64,000 bases of DNA, from NCBI RefSeq assembly GCF_009914755.1, contig NC_060928.1; one strand, given 5' to 3'. The translations under genes were made by a program, and so were the position numbers. The notes beneath the pieces were generated by a model, which worked only from the letters and a program-made list of their open reading frames with translations, ran no database searches and was not told the origin of the DNA. Below, piece after piece: positions 33,819 to 50,130 of the stretch. Source of the DNA: the human T2T-CHM13v2.0 reference genome, Homo sapiens. Numbering within the stretch: position 1 is the stretch's first letter; each line of letters begins with the position of its first letter.

Positions 33819-35149
33819 ACATATAGCACTTGTAAAAAAATGTTATAGTAATATATGCATGTGGTACAAAATTGAATGGTTATGCAGTAATCAGAAATCC
33901 CTCTATCCTAACCTTCATCCACCCAATCCTCCTCCTAGAGGCAACCACAATTAGCAATATCTTGAATATTTTTTCAGAGATACAACAAGAAAGATTTTAA
34001 TCTCCCTTTAGTCCCTCAGTTGAAACTTAAGAGGTTTAGATTTCCGCTGACTTAAAAACAATGCAATGGAATTCTGGTCTTTGGTTCAGATCTGAAAACA
34101 ACTTCCATTTATCAGTCCAGAAAACTGAGAACTTACTGGTTATATCACTAATGGTTCAGGATTCCTCCTTAGAAGAGAGTTCTTTTCTCTAGCAACAAGA
34201 TAAATAGCTGATTTCTTGGAAGCTGTCCTTTCTTTATAGGCCCTATTTCATTAGTTCATTGCCTGGTAATTACAGCTGCATGGAAATAAAAATGTAAAAT
34301 GAGTGTGATTTCCTTTTATAGGTTGAATAATATGGGTAGCCCTGGATTGTGAAAGGAAACAGATTGCTCCTCGGTTTTTTTTATTATATCCAAGGTTTCC
34401 TATCTGCTTTGGGTGAATTATCACTAGTCACCTAAAAACACACTGATTAAAAAAAAGGGAGAAGTCACACATCTCCCTCCTGTGCAATGCTGATAAATTT
34501 ATACGGCTATTTAAATAGTCATATGAAATATCAATTATTAATAACAGCAGTAGATCTTTTGAGTTCTAAGAGCTTTAAAACTGATGATCTCTCCAAAACA
34601 TCTATAATTTGCAACTATTTACAGTACAGCAGAACGACCTCATGAAAATATTTATGGCTCTTACAGTGTCAAAATTTTGTTTTGTTTTGGCATTTACAGC
34701 AGTTAACTAAATGCTAGTTCTGTGTTAGTTCTCATTGCTATAAGTGTGGGAGTAAATTGAAACAATTGTGACAAACATACCATGATGGCAATGAACGATG
34801 AAAACATTATTTTCATTCCCTGCTTACATCGAAATTTTTCCAGGTATCAAACCAAGAGGTGGATTACTGGGTGCCATATAGGACTCTGCAGCTGAAAGCT
34901 CCTTTTAATTTTGGCAGAACAAATAGTTATAGTATACAATGATAGAATTGAAGGTGGAAATGTCACATCTCAGAAAGTATGCTAATAGTATTACTAGCTA
35001 TGAATTATTACCTTCAGTATGTGCCAGCAGGAAATCACATAGATCTAAACATGTTCAATACTTGTTTTCCTAGGTCAACCATCTAAGATGTTATTTGTCA
35101 TTATTTATAAATTATATTTGAATTTCTGAATATAAAGCAATCAATTTTT

Positions 35150-36420
35150 CTACTATTTAAGCTGAATTTTTATTTTCAAAGCTATGCACATACATAGCTT
35201 AAAAAGTCAAATATTTCACAGGGCTAATAATTTAAAAACAGCATTCTTCTGTTCCTTCCCCTGATTATTGCTCCTCAGAGAAAACCATTTTTAATTCCCT
35301 CAGCTCTTTTTCCTGGTGTCTACTGCTATAAGTCTAAGAACACTCATTTAATGCTATTTTTTCAAATTTTTATTATACTGTTGGTTAATTTCTTATTTCT
35401 AACCCCTGCCCTCCTACCACCTCAATCACAGTTACCTTCTCCTTCTCTTCTCAGTATAGCTACAGCTTTATTTGGCTAAACCAATGTTCAGTTTTCATTA
35501 TGACCAATTAGATATCATTCATAGCTGATGCATGTAGTATATCAGGATTGTAATTATTTCTTCTACACTTTGTTTTCTGGGTACTTTAAATTGTATCTTT
35601 TAAAAAAATTTTTGCTTTGTTTTCTGTGTGCTCATGGCTACCAGAGTCATCCTGTGTTGCTTCACAAAGTGTTGAGTTCCTCTTAATATAGTCTAACACT
35701 TCAGGAAATCTCAGTTTCCCTGTTGTCTTGAAGATACACTTTCCACCCTGCTGCTCCTATCTGGGCTGCTTGTCTTCCCCATCTGCCCCTCAGCTGTCTT
35801 CCTGGGATATCCTGTCACATCATCTGGGATATTTCCTTCACCTTCCTTCTGTCTGAGATCCTTATTCCTGGATCCCGAGACTTCCTCTTTATTGATTTAC
35901 TCTCTTGTTTCTGGTGGGGCATATTTTCCAGTAGCTTCCTGAGAGACTGCCTGAGAGGTGAACTTTGAGACCTTGCCCATCTGAAAACGTCCTGATTCTA
36001 CCATCGCACGTAATTTATAGTTAGACAGGGTGTAGAATTCTAGGTTTGCAATACTTCATTCTTAAAATTTGAAGGGATTCTTCTACTATGTTGCAGGTAC
36101 TAGTTTTGGTACTGAGACATCTAGTGCCTTCAGATTCATGCTTGTTGGTATGTGACCTGCTTTCTCCTTTCCACCTCTCCAGAAGCTTTTAGCATCTTCT
36201 TTTCTATTTGTGATGTTCTGAAGTTTCTCAGTCATATGCATTTATAGGACTGTTTTTCTTCCCATTGTGCTGGACACCTTGTATCATGGTGTCACCTTTC
36301 AGTTTGGAAACTCATGTTTTTTAGTTCTGGAAAATTTTCTTGAATCATTTGTTGAATACCTTCTTCCTCTTCTTTATTTTTTCTGATTTCTTTATGAGAC
36401 TCCCATTATTTGGAAGTCAG
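35150..36420 (-). mobile_element. Ancient L1ME-like fragments
   Basis: T-rich degraded L1 motifs ('ttcttaaaatttgaag', 'ctggaaaattttcttg'). Confidence 0.45.
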
Positions 36421-36759
36421 ATATCCTGGAAAAAAATGCCATAATTCTCTTTGACCTTTTTGTTGTCCTGTTCTCTCTCTCTCACGTGGCTTGTGAACCT
36501 AATTGTAAACTTGATCAGTAAAAACCATTGTGGCAGTGCAAAGGCAAATTCAAAATTGTTATCTCTGGTTATTTTTAGTGTTTTTTCAGCTATTTCAGTT
36601 TTGTCATTTATCAATGTATCTTATGTTTTTATATTCCTCAATAAATATTTGAGTGCCCTACACTGTTTTTTCCTGATGAATTGAAGCTAGGACAAACTAG
36701 AGATAATCAGTAAATTCATTAAATTGAGTTCAAATTCTGCTCCACTCAAACTTATTCCG

Positions 36760-37530
36760 TTTATTCATTCAAACATTAAAAGAACTACAGTGTATGAAGC
36801 AGTTAGCTGGGTAGTAGGTACACAAAAATAAATGAAAATAAACAAAATGTCTTTTTCTTTGTGGAAATTATAAAATGTGAATGTATGTGTATGGGGATAG
36901 ATGGGCAGGGGAGTATCATTGTTACTGCAATGGGGGTGAGTACACATGTTGTTACTGAAGAAAAGGAAGCTCATCTAACCCTGGCTTGGGGACAATTCAT
37001 TCACACTGTCTGTGGTCTATAGAATGGGTTGGAGGGCTCAGGACAGTCTTGGAGACGAACTAAAACACCAATGAATAATTCAGGTGAGATGGTAGTGGTC
37101 TGAATTAGGTCTGTGACAAGAAGGAGAAAAGTGAATTTTGAGACACTAGGAGTTTAATTAGATAGGACTTGAATTTCATTGAATTAGAGGAAGTGAAAGT
37201 GAGTTCTAAGGCAGAAGATAGTGAATTTAATTTTGGAAAAGTTTAATTTTATGTGGGATGTGCAAGTGGGGATTTGAATCAGAAGCTCAGAAGGGACAGA
37301 AGCCCTGGAAATAGATTCTTGGGTGTCACTCACATATGGTACTGTCTGGAGCCATGTGAATTGAGAGCACAGGAGGAAAGTGTGTCAACTCAACAAGGTC
37401 AGAGAAAGTTTGATGAAGAAACCTAAGGGAACATGGAGATTTAGAGGCTAGAAAGAGAAGAATATCCCACATATGTCAAGAGAAGAGAGGGTTAAAGAAA
37501 TGAATACTTGGCATGATCAAATGCTACCAT
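36760..37530. mobile_element. L2 fragments
   Basis: 'attcattcaaac' end and purine-rich L2-like body. Confidence 0.45.
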
Positions 37531-37700
37531 ACATTCATATAAGGCTTTATGATATGTGTGATTTTGCATATATTTTCTTACTTAATCCCTGTAATGGCTT
37601 TATGGTTCATCTATCTCACTTTTCCACTTTTTTCTAAAAGTGTTTAGATAAGAAAACGGAGGCCCAGGAACACAGCAATTTGTTCAAGATTACAAAAGTT

Positions 37701-38048
<348 letters not shown>

Positions 38049-38099
38049 TCAGGTGCAGAGTGGTGAGTCCAGACTGCAAAGTGGCGCAGTTAATGTGAG

Positions 38100-38570
38100 C
38101 CCTCACTGTGTGCAGGCACTGTGCTGAGTGCTTTGTGCACATTATCTCATTTAATTTTCAAATCTTATACTATAAACTTGTTAACATTATAATCCCCATT
38201 TAAGGAATGAGGTAGAGGAAGCTCAGAGGTTAAGCAACCTGCCCAAAGTCATAAAACCAGTAAATGGTAGAAGCAGAGGAATTCACGTCCATTTGCTGTA
38301 TGACACACGTATTAACAATTCCATCATTACGTATGAATTTCTTTCATCCAAAGACTTCCCTGATTTTTTTTTTTTTTGCCTACTAATGCTTCTGGGCTGC
38401 ATAAAGATAAAAATCTCAATAAATAATAGTTATTTTGAAAGGCCTACAATGTGGTGAGGTGCTCAACTAAATAATTTATTTGTAGTCTATTCACTCTTTA
38501 CAAACCTGAATGGGAAAGTATTTTTACCCCCATTTTACAGATGAGAAAACTGACCCCCAGAGATTAAATA
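38100..38570. mobile_element. MIR fragments
   Basis: 'caggcactgtgctgagtgcttt' and 'cccattttacagatgagaaaactga'. Confidence 0.65.
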
Positions 38571-39288
38571 ACAATACACATTGTACGCATGTTTCAAAAT
38601 ATCACTTGTACCCTTAAAAATTTTTTTAGAATCACATGGGTCCTATAAATATGTACAAATATTACATATCAAAATGTTTTTAATTAAAAAAAATAAGGAC
38701 AGAGTAGGCATTCTAGCTCAAATCCTTTTCCTTTTCTTCTTCTCTTCTTTCTTCCTTCCTTTCCTCCCTTAGCCAACCCTCCTTCCCCATCTCCTCTATC
38801 CTTCTCTTTCATTTGGCCTACTGCTTCTTAGGTGACAATAAGAGTGAATTTAGAATGAGGCCTTTAGGAATGGGATATAGGTCAAGGCACTGGGATTCAG
38901 AGGAGACAAGGGGTAAGCACTTTGCTAGTGTAATTGTAATGTTTGGAACTCAGTTAAAATGTTCACCAGACTCTCTGGTGCCCTGATATACCCACATAGG
39001 GGCTTGTGTGATTGAGAACTAAGGTTTTTAGACATTTAGTTTGAAATATAATTAACTGTGTATATCAAAGTTTGTAATTTGAGACTAATAATTGAGAATA
39101 AAATTGATGGATAATTAAGTAAAATAAAATATATCTTAGACATAAAGAATAAGATACCTTAGTGGTCATTCATAATTTGTTTCATTTTTATATAAAAATT
39201 ATTTGCTTCCCATACACAAAACCTGAGTGCTCATCTACTTGATGATTTATGACACAGAACTGGAGTTACTTATGTCAAAGCTCTGCTT

Positions 39289-39589
<301 letters not shown>

Positions 39590-40061
39590 CGAAGCTCTAC
39601 TTAGAAGGACAGCAGTGCTCTATGTTCAAGACAGAGCTTTTCTCTGTGCCTCAAAAACCAGTTGAAAAAGAGCATTGCAATATTATGTGTTAACTGTTCT
39701 GTAGACCAAAAATGTTGGTTATATTGATGGCAAAACCTGAAAGAAATCCACAACGCAGAATTAGGTAGATACTGCCCCCTCTCCCTTGGAACTTTATACA
39801 TTCCGCATTTTTACTAAAATGCTTATGATGCTGTTTCACGATTTGTTTATATCTCTGCTCTGCAACTTTGAAATGCTTGAAAGCAAGGTTTAGGTCATAT
39901 GTTTATCTTTGTAACCACAGAGTTTAGCACAAATTATGTCCTCAAGTTTACAGATTTAACTAACCATAGTCAGGGACTCAAATATTGTGTAGCCAGGCAT
40001 ATGTTCTAAACCAGAAATTGTCCCAGTGTTTTCCTCACTTCACTTAGGATCACATATGGTG

Positions 40062-40355
40062 TTTTTTTTTTTTTTTTTAATACAGAGTCTCGCTCTTGTC
40101 ACCTAGGGTGGAGTGCAGTGGCACGATAATGGCTCACTGCAGCCTCAACCTTCTAGGCTCAAGTGATCCTCCTACCTCAGCCTCCTGAGTAGCTAGGACT
40201 ACAGGCATGCACCATTACTAGATAATTTTTATATTTTTTGTAGAGACAGGATCTTGCTATGTTGCCCAGACTAGTCTCCAGCTTCTGGGCTCAAGTGATC
40301 CTGCTGCCTCAGCCTCTCAAAGTGCTGGAATTACAGGTGTGAGCCACCACACCTA
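40062..40355 (-). mobile_element. AluJ
   Basis: Reverse Alu. Confidence 0.88.
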
Positions 40356-42719
40356 CCCACTTAGCATCCTGTACAAATTTTACTGTTAAAGAATTTTATG
40401 TTTTAATAGACTTCTACCAAGCAAACTACAATTTTAAAAATAATCTCTGGCTTCTGTTCATTGTTGATACATACATATACAATACTGGTTGAAAAATTCC
40501 AACCAAGAATGAAGAAATGTGATGTTTTGGTTAGCCTTGGTAATGCTATTGTGGTTAACTAGTATTCTTATTTAACCATGTGAACTACTAAAGTATCATT
40601 CAACTTCATTTTTTAACTGTATCATTTATTTTAAAGATTTATCCCTATTGATATAGCTAAACTTAAGCCCATTCTTCCTTAAAAACATGCATTAGAATGT
40701 CAAACCTCTAATACAGGTTTAGTGGTTACACCTGGGAAGAGAGGAGGGCAGAGATGAGGGTAGATATGTTTCTATTTCTGTAATGCTTTATTTCTTTAAG
40801 AAAAAATCTGAAGCAAATATGGCAAAATATAAACCTGTTAAATGTGGCTGGTGGGTACATATCTATCTAATTCATTTTCTGTATGTTTGAAAATTTCATA
40901 CTTTAAAAAGTGAAACAGCTGATTTCAAATGCCTCTTTTAAACAAGCACCCATGTAAAATGGCATTAATACATTTACTTATTTTTAAAAAGTTAAAAAAA
41001 ATTCTAAGATTGAAAACATTTGCCCTTAACTTTAGAAAAACTTTAAAAGCATCAGAGTAAATATAGAATTCTAATTATAGACAATAGAAAAAGACAGATC
41101 AAGAGAGATTTGAAGCTCTCAAAAATTGAAATTTTGATATTTAAAGTTAAGATTTCATTAAAGCCTATGCATCCTAAATTACCACCTGTACTTAGACAAC
41201 TCAATGTTTAGTATAGACATTTGTAAATTCCAGACACTCACACCCAACAGTCTGCTTTACAGTTTTTCTCTGAGCCCCATATGATCCAAACGAAAGTCAT
41301 GGGCCCCTGCACTGTCTTTAATGTAATACACATAAACCTAGTTCTCTTATTCCAGTGACTGGAGTCATGCAAGTCAGAAACCCAGGGAAGTTTCTTAATT
41401 GCCACGCCTTACAATGTTAATATTACTTCATCACATGGGTTTTTTTTTTACAGCAGTCTTTTAAAGATTATGTCTATTTTATGAAGATTATTTCAGTTAA
41501 ACTAGCACTATATTCATAAAGCTACTTAACCTGGCATACATAAACAGAGGCACAGTCAATATGTGAAAGTCAACACTGTGGAACGCTCATCCTTTCCTTA
41601 CATTACCTCACCTACCCTAAATGAGTCATGACACCTGTCATACTGACTAAGTGAATCCCTAGGATAAATATTAATGAAGCTTAAGTTTTTAATATGTGTT
41701 TGTACAAGTTTGAACACTTTGTCCTTGCTGTCCAGTGGAACATCTTGTATACTCCATATTGGAGACTGCAACTCTATACTGTGGTCAGAATATTTTTGAA
41801 ACTCAAAATGATTATGTTTCTCTTTCCTCCCTATCCTTCATATATTAACCTTCCAGAGACTTCCTATTTGCTCTAAATATGAAGACCAAAATCTTTAGCA
41901 TGGCGTTTGGTCAAGTCTTTTCACAATTTGTCCTCTATCTCCCTCTTCAGCCTCACCTTACCAAAAGCTAACCCTTGCTCTTTGATACAAAGATATGAAG
42001 AAATGCACCTCCCTATGGTTTGATCGTAGCACTTATTTCAGTTGTAATTTTACTTGCATATTTTATTGTTTGTTTAGTATCTACCTCCTATACCACAAGC
42101 TATGTAAGTTATTTTAAGAAGTAAACAATCAAAATGAGAAAGAAGATAAAGCAATTTCTCAAAAGATTGATATTTTCACAAGACATCGGCCAATGAACCT
42201 AGATAAAAGATCATGTGTAAAAACACCAAAGGGTCAAACGATGGGAAAATATAAAAAATAATATTTATTGTTTATAAGAAGAAAATAGAGGCTTTAAAAA
42301 ATATCTTATTTCCACTTTTTTTTAGGCTTTTTAAAATTAGAAAAAATAATAAAAAATGGCCATAACTTTATTTTGGAGAAAGGCTCAGACCCACCACTTT
42401 GAGCTGATGGTATAAAATTATAGATGACAGTGACAAAACTATTCAATGTTTATTTCTTTATCAGTATTGCCATTTAGATATGCTGATTATGAAATATTGC
42501 CTAGCTGTTCTTTATAGTTGTTCTTTATAGATTCTTTATATATATATATACACACACAATATATATACATACATATTGGCCATACATATATATATGGCCA
42601 AGATGAATTATAACTTTAGGAACAGAAAAAATTAGCAGATGGATTTTATAAACCAATAATATATATATATAAGTATATACATATGTATTTAAGGAACTGC
42701 AATTTGCTTTTTAAATTAA

Positions 42720-45200
<2,481 letters not shown>

Positions 45201-45214
45201 GTTTTTAATATCTT

Positions 45215-45425
45215 CACCTCTTTCCTTTCTTCCCTCTTCCTTCTTTCTTTCCTCCTTTTTTTTCTTTTTTGTTTCCTCCATTTCTTCCTTTCTTTCTTCC
45301 TTCCTTCCAAGACATAGGGTCTTGCTGTGTTGCCCAGACTGGACTTGAACTTCTGAGTTCACATCATCTTTCCTCCTTAGACTCCAGAATAGCTGGAATT
45401 ACAAACATGTGCCACTGCGCCCAAC
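45215..45425 (-). mobile_element. CT-rich simple repeat plus Alu right-monomer (FRAM-like) fragment
   Basis: (CTTC/CTTT)n followed by 'gggtcttgctgtgttgcccagactgg'. Confidence 0.7.
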
Positions 45426-45638
45426 TGCAGTAGTCTTCTAATTGGTTTCCCTGCTTCTTCACTTGCTCCCATATGGCCAATTCCCTATATAAAGCTAGAG
45501 AGATTTTCTAAAACATAAATCATATGTCTCTTCTCTGCTAAAAGTGTGCCAATGGCTTCCCACTAAAGTTAGAAAAAAAAATCTTTGAAACTAAAGATTG
45601 GACTGTCTTAAAAGCAAACAGACTATATAACAGGCACA

Positions 45639-45995
45639 TGTCTTAATCTGTTTGCTATAACAAAATACCACAGACTGAGCAATTTACAAACAACAGAAAT
45701 TTATTTCCGACAGTTCTGGAGGCTAAAAAGTCCAAGATCAAGGTACTGGCACTGGTGCATGTTAAGACCTGCTCCCTGCTTCCAAGATGGCACCTTGTTG
45801 CCATGTCGTCATGTGGCAGAAGGTGGAAAGGCAAGGCTTTCTTCAACCTAGAGCCCTTTTTAATAATGGTTCTAATGCCATTTAGAAGGGCAGGACCCTC
45901 ATGACTTAATCACTTCCCAAAGTCCACATCTCTTAATACTGTTGCATTGAGGATTAAGCTTCAACCTGAACTTTGAAGGGGACATAGCAGCATAG
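45639..45995 (-). mobile_element. MST-type MaLR solo LTR
   Basis: 'tgtcttaatctgtttgctataacaaaataccacagactg...aagtccaagatcaagg'. Confidence 0.75.
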
Positions 45996-46407
45996 TAGAC
46001 TTTTAATGAATATTCACCAATTGAAAGAATAAATTAGAATTTCAAAACAAATTGAAAATGAAGAAAGTAAAGGTATACACTCTCCTATCTCTATCACACC
46101 CACATCCAAACAGAAGATGCTCTTAGATCTAATATCAGCGTTTTCAGAATTGGATTACTTTGCTATTGTCTCTATTCCCACCATGGATCATGCTCCCATC
46201 ATATCTTCAGTATTGCTTGCATTTTCACGATAGTTCCCTAACTGTTATTTCAGTTTCTGCCCTTGCCTCCCTTCACTCTATTTTCACAGAGGCCAGAATA
46301 ATTCGGTTAAAAAATGCCAGATCACATCACTTCTCTCTTAAAACCCTTCAGTGGCTTTCCGTTTTACTCTGGGTAAAAGCCAAAGTGCTTTAAATGGCCA
46401 ACAGGCC

Positions 46408-46720
46408 CTGTATTCATTATCTGTTGCTATGTAACAAAGTACTCAAAACTTAGTTGCGTCAAAACATACATTTATTATCTCATGGTTTCTGTGGGTCAGG
46501 CATCTGGGCCCAGGCTCTCTTGTATGGCTGCAATCAATTTATCAGCTGGGGCTGAATTGTTGAAAGGCCTGACTGAGGGAGGTTCTGATTTCAAGCTCAC
46601 ATTGCTGTTGTCAGGCTCCGGTCCCCTGCTGATTGTTGGCTGGAGACATCAGTTCTTTGTCATGTGGCCCAATCCATACGACTGTTTACAACATGGTAGC
46701 TTGCTTCCCCCAGAGTAAGG
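46408..46720 (-). mobile_element. MLT1 (F/G/H-like) LTR fragment
   Basis: 'ctgttgctatgtaacaaagtactcaaaacttag...catggtttctgtgggtcagg'. Confidence 0.6.
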
Positions 46721-48421
46721 GCTGTGTGTGTGAGGGAGAGAAAGACAGATATTCCCTAATGTCTTTTGAGTCTTTATACTTTTCTATGGCATTTATTGTA
46801 TCCAATATCTCATGTGTTTTACTCATTGTCTGTTTCCTCATTTCTCTATCCTCATTACAATATAAGCTATAATAGAGCAGGACATCTTGCTTGTTTCACT
46901 GACTATTTTATCTACAGTGATCAGAACAGTGTTAAACACATTCAAAACAAATACTGAATAAATGCAATCATTTCAGAAAAGATTTGAGGAATCTCAAAAA
47001 CAGACATCCATCTGCTATGAAACCCTGTAACATACAGAATTACTGTAAAAGGCTGTAGTGTATTCATGAAACAGAATCCAGAGATTACTGTATAGGAAGA
47101 AAAAAATTAGAACAGTCCTACCAAACATACACCAAAAAGCAAACAAAAATTCAGCAATATACAAAGAATATTATTAGTATTTAATATATATACACATAAA
47201 CACAAAGACTGTCATACAGATTTTGTCATATGTGGTTATGTATAACCACCAATAATCACCAATTTTCAAGTTCAGTTCTTGGTCTTGGAGTCAATGATAG
47301 ATCTGTACCCTTCATGACAGCACAAGAGACCTGGGTTTTTGGGGTAGATGCAGCATTCCTTTCTTCTCTTAGAAATACATTGCACCTGAAAGGGAAAATG
47401 GTCAACCCCACTGTATTTTTTCCAGATTATGAGCTCCTCCTTAGAAGCCAGCCAAGCATGCCCAGATGATGGGTTAAGGCTACTGAGCTTTCCATGGTGC
47501 TAGTGCAGTTTGCAGTCTTGCTGTATTTCATAGTTGCCCCACAGAATTTATTTCCCTGTCAGCCATGGACAGCTGTATGAATTGACATCTCAGAGGGTAT
47601 CTGCCAAGTCTCTGGAAATGCTAATGCCCATGCTGATTAGGTTGGACAATGTCAACTTGTTCTGGGCATCAATCCATTGAGCTACAAGCTTCTCATGATG
47701 GGAAAAGAGGGCTTCCTGAAGAGAAGTAGACAGCATGCTCAAACTGCTAAGAAGGGTGATGACAAAGCTCCTGCTAAGGCCCTGGTTCTTTTAGGAATTA
47801 TCCTCATATTGTCAGCTCAGGCTATGGTTTGGGCTGTGAGATCTCATCTTCCTTCATCTTCTGTGGACCCACTGGCTTGCCAAGACCTCTTTAGGAACGA
47901 AGCAGTCTGAGGAAGTGCAGTCTGAGGGTCTGTCATTTCTATAGAAGCAGCTGGAGATATTGGGAAAATGGGCCAGGATTGTGGCTTCTCCAGACTGCAA
48001 CAGAGCAGGACAGGAATTTTTCTCTGCTCCAAATCTCAGCCCCTCACCATGTCCCTGCCTAAACAACAAACACATACATTCTTTTTTTCACTTCCGCTTT
48101 TGCTTCTGCATCAGTTGTTTTTCTTTTACAAACTGTCAAGATCCTATTGATCAGCATCCAATTCATTTAATTATGCAATCCAGTTATCTTGTATCACCTA
48201 GGAAAAGTACATATAAGACTGTCTTAAAATAAAAGACTAGTGACAATAAAGATTTTTTGCCCAACAGAGGCCATTGAAGGATACACTTCCTCTTTAAATC
48301 ATGTGAAATTCATCCTGGAATGCTTTTCTCATAGAATATACTCATTTCTTTCATATCTGAACCATAGCTGAAGTAGTAGATTCCCATGCTTTTCCTCCTG
48401 TCTCATTTTTCTTTTTTGTAG

Positions 48422-48563
48422 CTCCTGGCCACAGTGGGAGCCATGATCTCTCTCCTTTACATGTGGCTGTATTCCCAGAGCTTTCATTTCCATGTGGCAC
48501 ATTTTTATGCTCATTTTGGGTACCCCAGTGCTCAGCATATTGTTAGGCAAAGATACGTGAAAA
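48422..48563 (+). pseudogene. Exon 2 of the Sel1-like gene (TM helix plus start of SLR)
   Basis: Long polypyrimidine tract with tgtag|, donor A|gtaagg. Encodes LLATVGAMISLLYMWLYSQSFHFHVAHFYAHFGYPSAQHIVRQRYVK; phase 0 to 1. Confidence 0.8.
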
Positions 48564-48764
48564 GTAAGGTAACTTTGTTTCTCTGGTGCTATTCCACTGG
48601 GGGAAAAGAGGTGGGGAGAGATTTGCTGGTTAGAGTTCTAAAAGTAATGGCAAAAACCACAATTAACTTTGCACCAACCTAATATATCTGTAGGCTTATA
48701 GGTTTTAGCATTAAGCAGTTAATTGAGTCCGTTTTTAAAAATATAATATCTTTTGTTTACCTAG

Positions 48765-48810
48765 GAGCTGGTGTAGTGAAGGATGAAGAGAAGGCAATGC
48801 ATTGGTTTAG
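48765..48810 (+). pseudogene. Exon 3 of the Sel1-like gene
   Basis: ttttgtttacctag| ... TTAG|gtaaga. Encodes (R)AGVVKDEEKAMHWF(R), the SLR 'GxGVxxDxxxAxxWF' motif; phase 1 to 2. Confidence 0.85.
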
Positions 48811-48867
48811 GTAAGATGATGACATCTGCCCAAAAGCAAAGCTTCAGAGTTACCTGTTCAGAAAGTA

Positions 48868-49109
48868 CAGGTTGAGCATCCCTTATCCGAGATGCTTGAG
48901 ACCAGAAGTGTTTTGGATCTTGGATTTTTTTTAATTTTTTTATTTTGAAATATTTGTATTATACTAACTGGTTGAGCATCCCTAACCTGAAAATTCAGAA
49001 TCTGAAATGCTCCAGTGAGATTTTTCTTTGAGGGTCATGTTGGTGCTCCAAAACTTTCAGATTTTGGAGCATTCAGATTCAGATTTTCTGATTAGGGATG
49101 CTCAACCTA
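48868..49109. mobile_element. MER46/Tigger4a MITE
   Basis: TIRs caggttgagcatccct ... agggatgctcaaccta. Confidence 0.8.
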
Positions 49110-49934
49110 TGCTGAAATAGAAAACCTTATAATTTTGGTGCTCTTTCCCTAGAGCAAAAATAAGCTAGAGATCTTAATATTAAAGTCTTGGTACCCTTTT
49201 TACTTTTTCCACTTGGTGATGAGGTAGGAGTACTGGTGGAGCTATGGAGAGGGCGGGGCCAATGCATTTTAAAACAGTCTACACAATGTAAGCAAAGAGC
49301 AGATTAGATTCAAAAGAGCCAAACTGGGGAACGTGGACCAATCTAGGTCAAGATTCAGAATATCAATAAGTTTATTAACAATGTTCTGTGTTAACGTTAC
49401 TTTGGTTATTAAGGTTTTGAGCTCTTGACTATAAAACATACACTAATTTGAAATTTACAAACTGGGCTACATGTTAGAATCACCTGGGGAGCTTCTGAAA
49501 AATGCTGATGCCCAGCTCCAGATTGATTTAAATGAGCAGAAAATGATTCCTAGGTGAGTGTAATATGCTGCCAGCTCAAACTACTCCAGAAGTCTATAAT
49601 GGTTAATAAAGTAAACATGAACCAGCAGAAGAAGGCATTTCAGGAACATATTCTAAAGCTTAAAATCGATATTCTGATAAAGTTCACCTGACAACAGAAG
49701 AAACACCTTTGAGAATCAGGAAGGGAGTGACATGGTTCCAAAGTGGCAAAGTGTCGTTGGTGATTAACTGCACTTGGCTGAAGTGCTTGCCACTGGGAGT
49801 ATAGTCCGTACACCCAGAGCATTGGCATCGCCAGGTGGGCACTTGGTAGGAATGCAGTCTCTGAGGCTCTAACACAGACCCACTGAAGTAGAATCTTCAT
49901 TTTAATAAGTTCCTGGGGTGACTGATATGCACTC

Positions 49935-50130
49935 TCCGATATTGTAGCCAACAGCCACAATGTGGCCATATAAATGTAAATGAATTAAAACTAAATAAAA
50001 TCAGAATTTTAGTTCATAGTTGCACTGTCTACATTTCAAGTATTCAATAGCCAGTACTGGCTACTGTACTGGACAGTGCAAATATAGATCGATTCTATCT
50101 TTGGTAAAAATTCTACTGGAAAGTACTAGC
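49935..50130. mobile_element. MER3/MER33-like hAT fragment
   Basis: 'gtagccaacagccacaatgtggcc...acatttcaagtattcaatagcc...ggacagtgca'. Confidence 0.6.

Noticed and set aside
34844-34953. Candidate exon after ttttccag
   Set aside because: Stops in all three frames and a poor donor.
39705-39764. AG/GT-bounded 60-nt candidate exon in intron 1
   Set aside because: Weak donor (gtagat), a stop in the frame needed to join exons 1 and 2, and no SLR similarity.
48434-48682. 82-aa ORF in the track as a standalone gene
   Set aside because: It is exon 2 reading through into the intron. Only the first part is meaningful.
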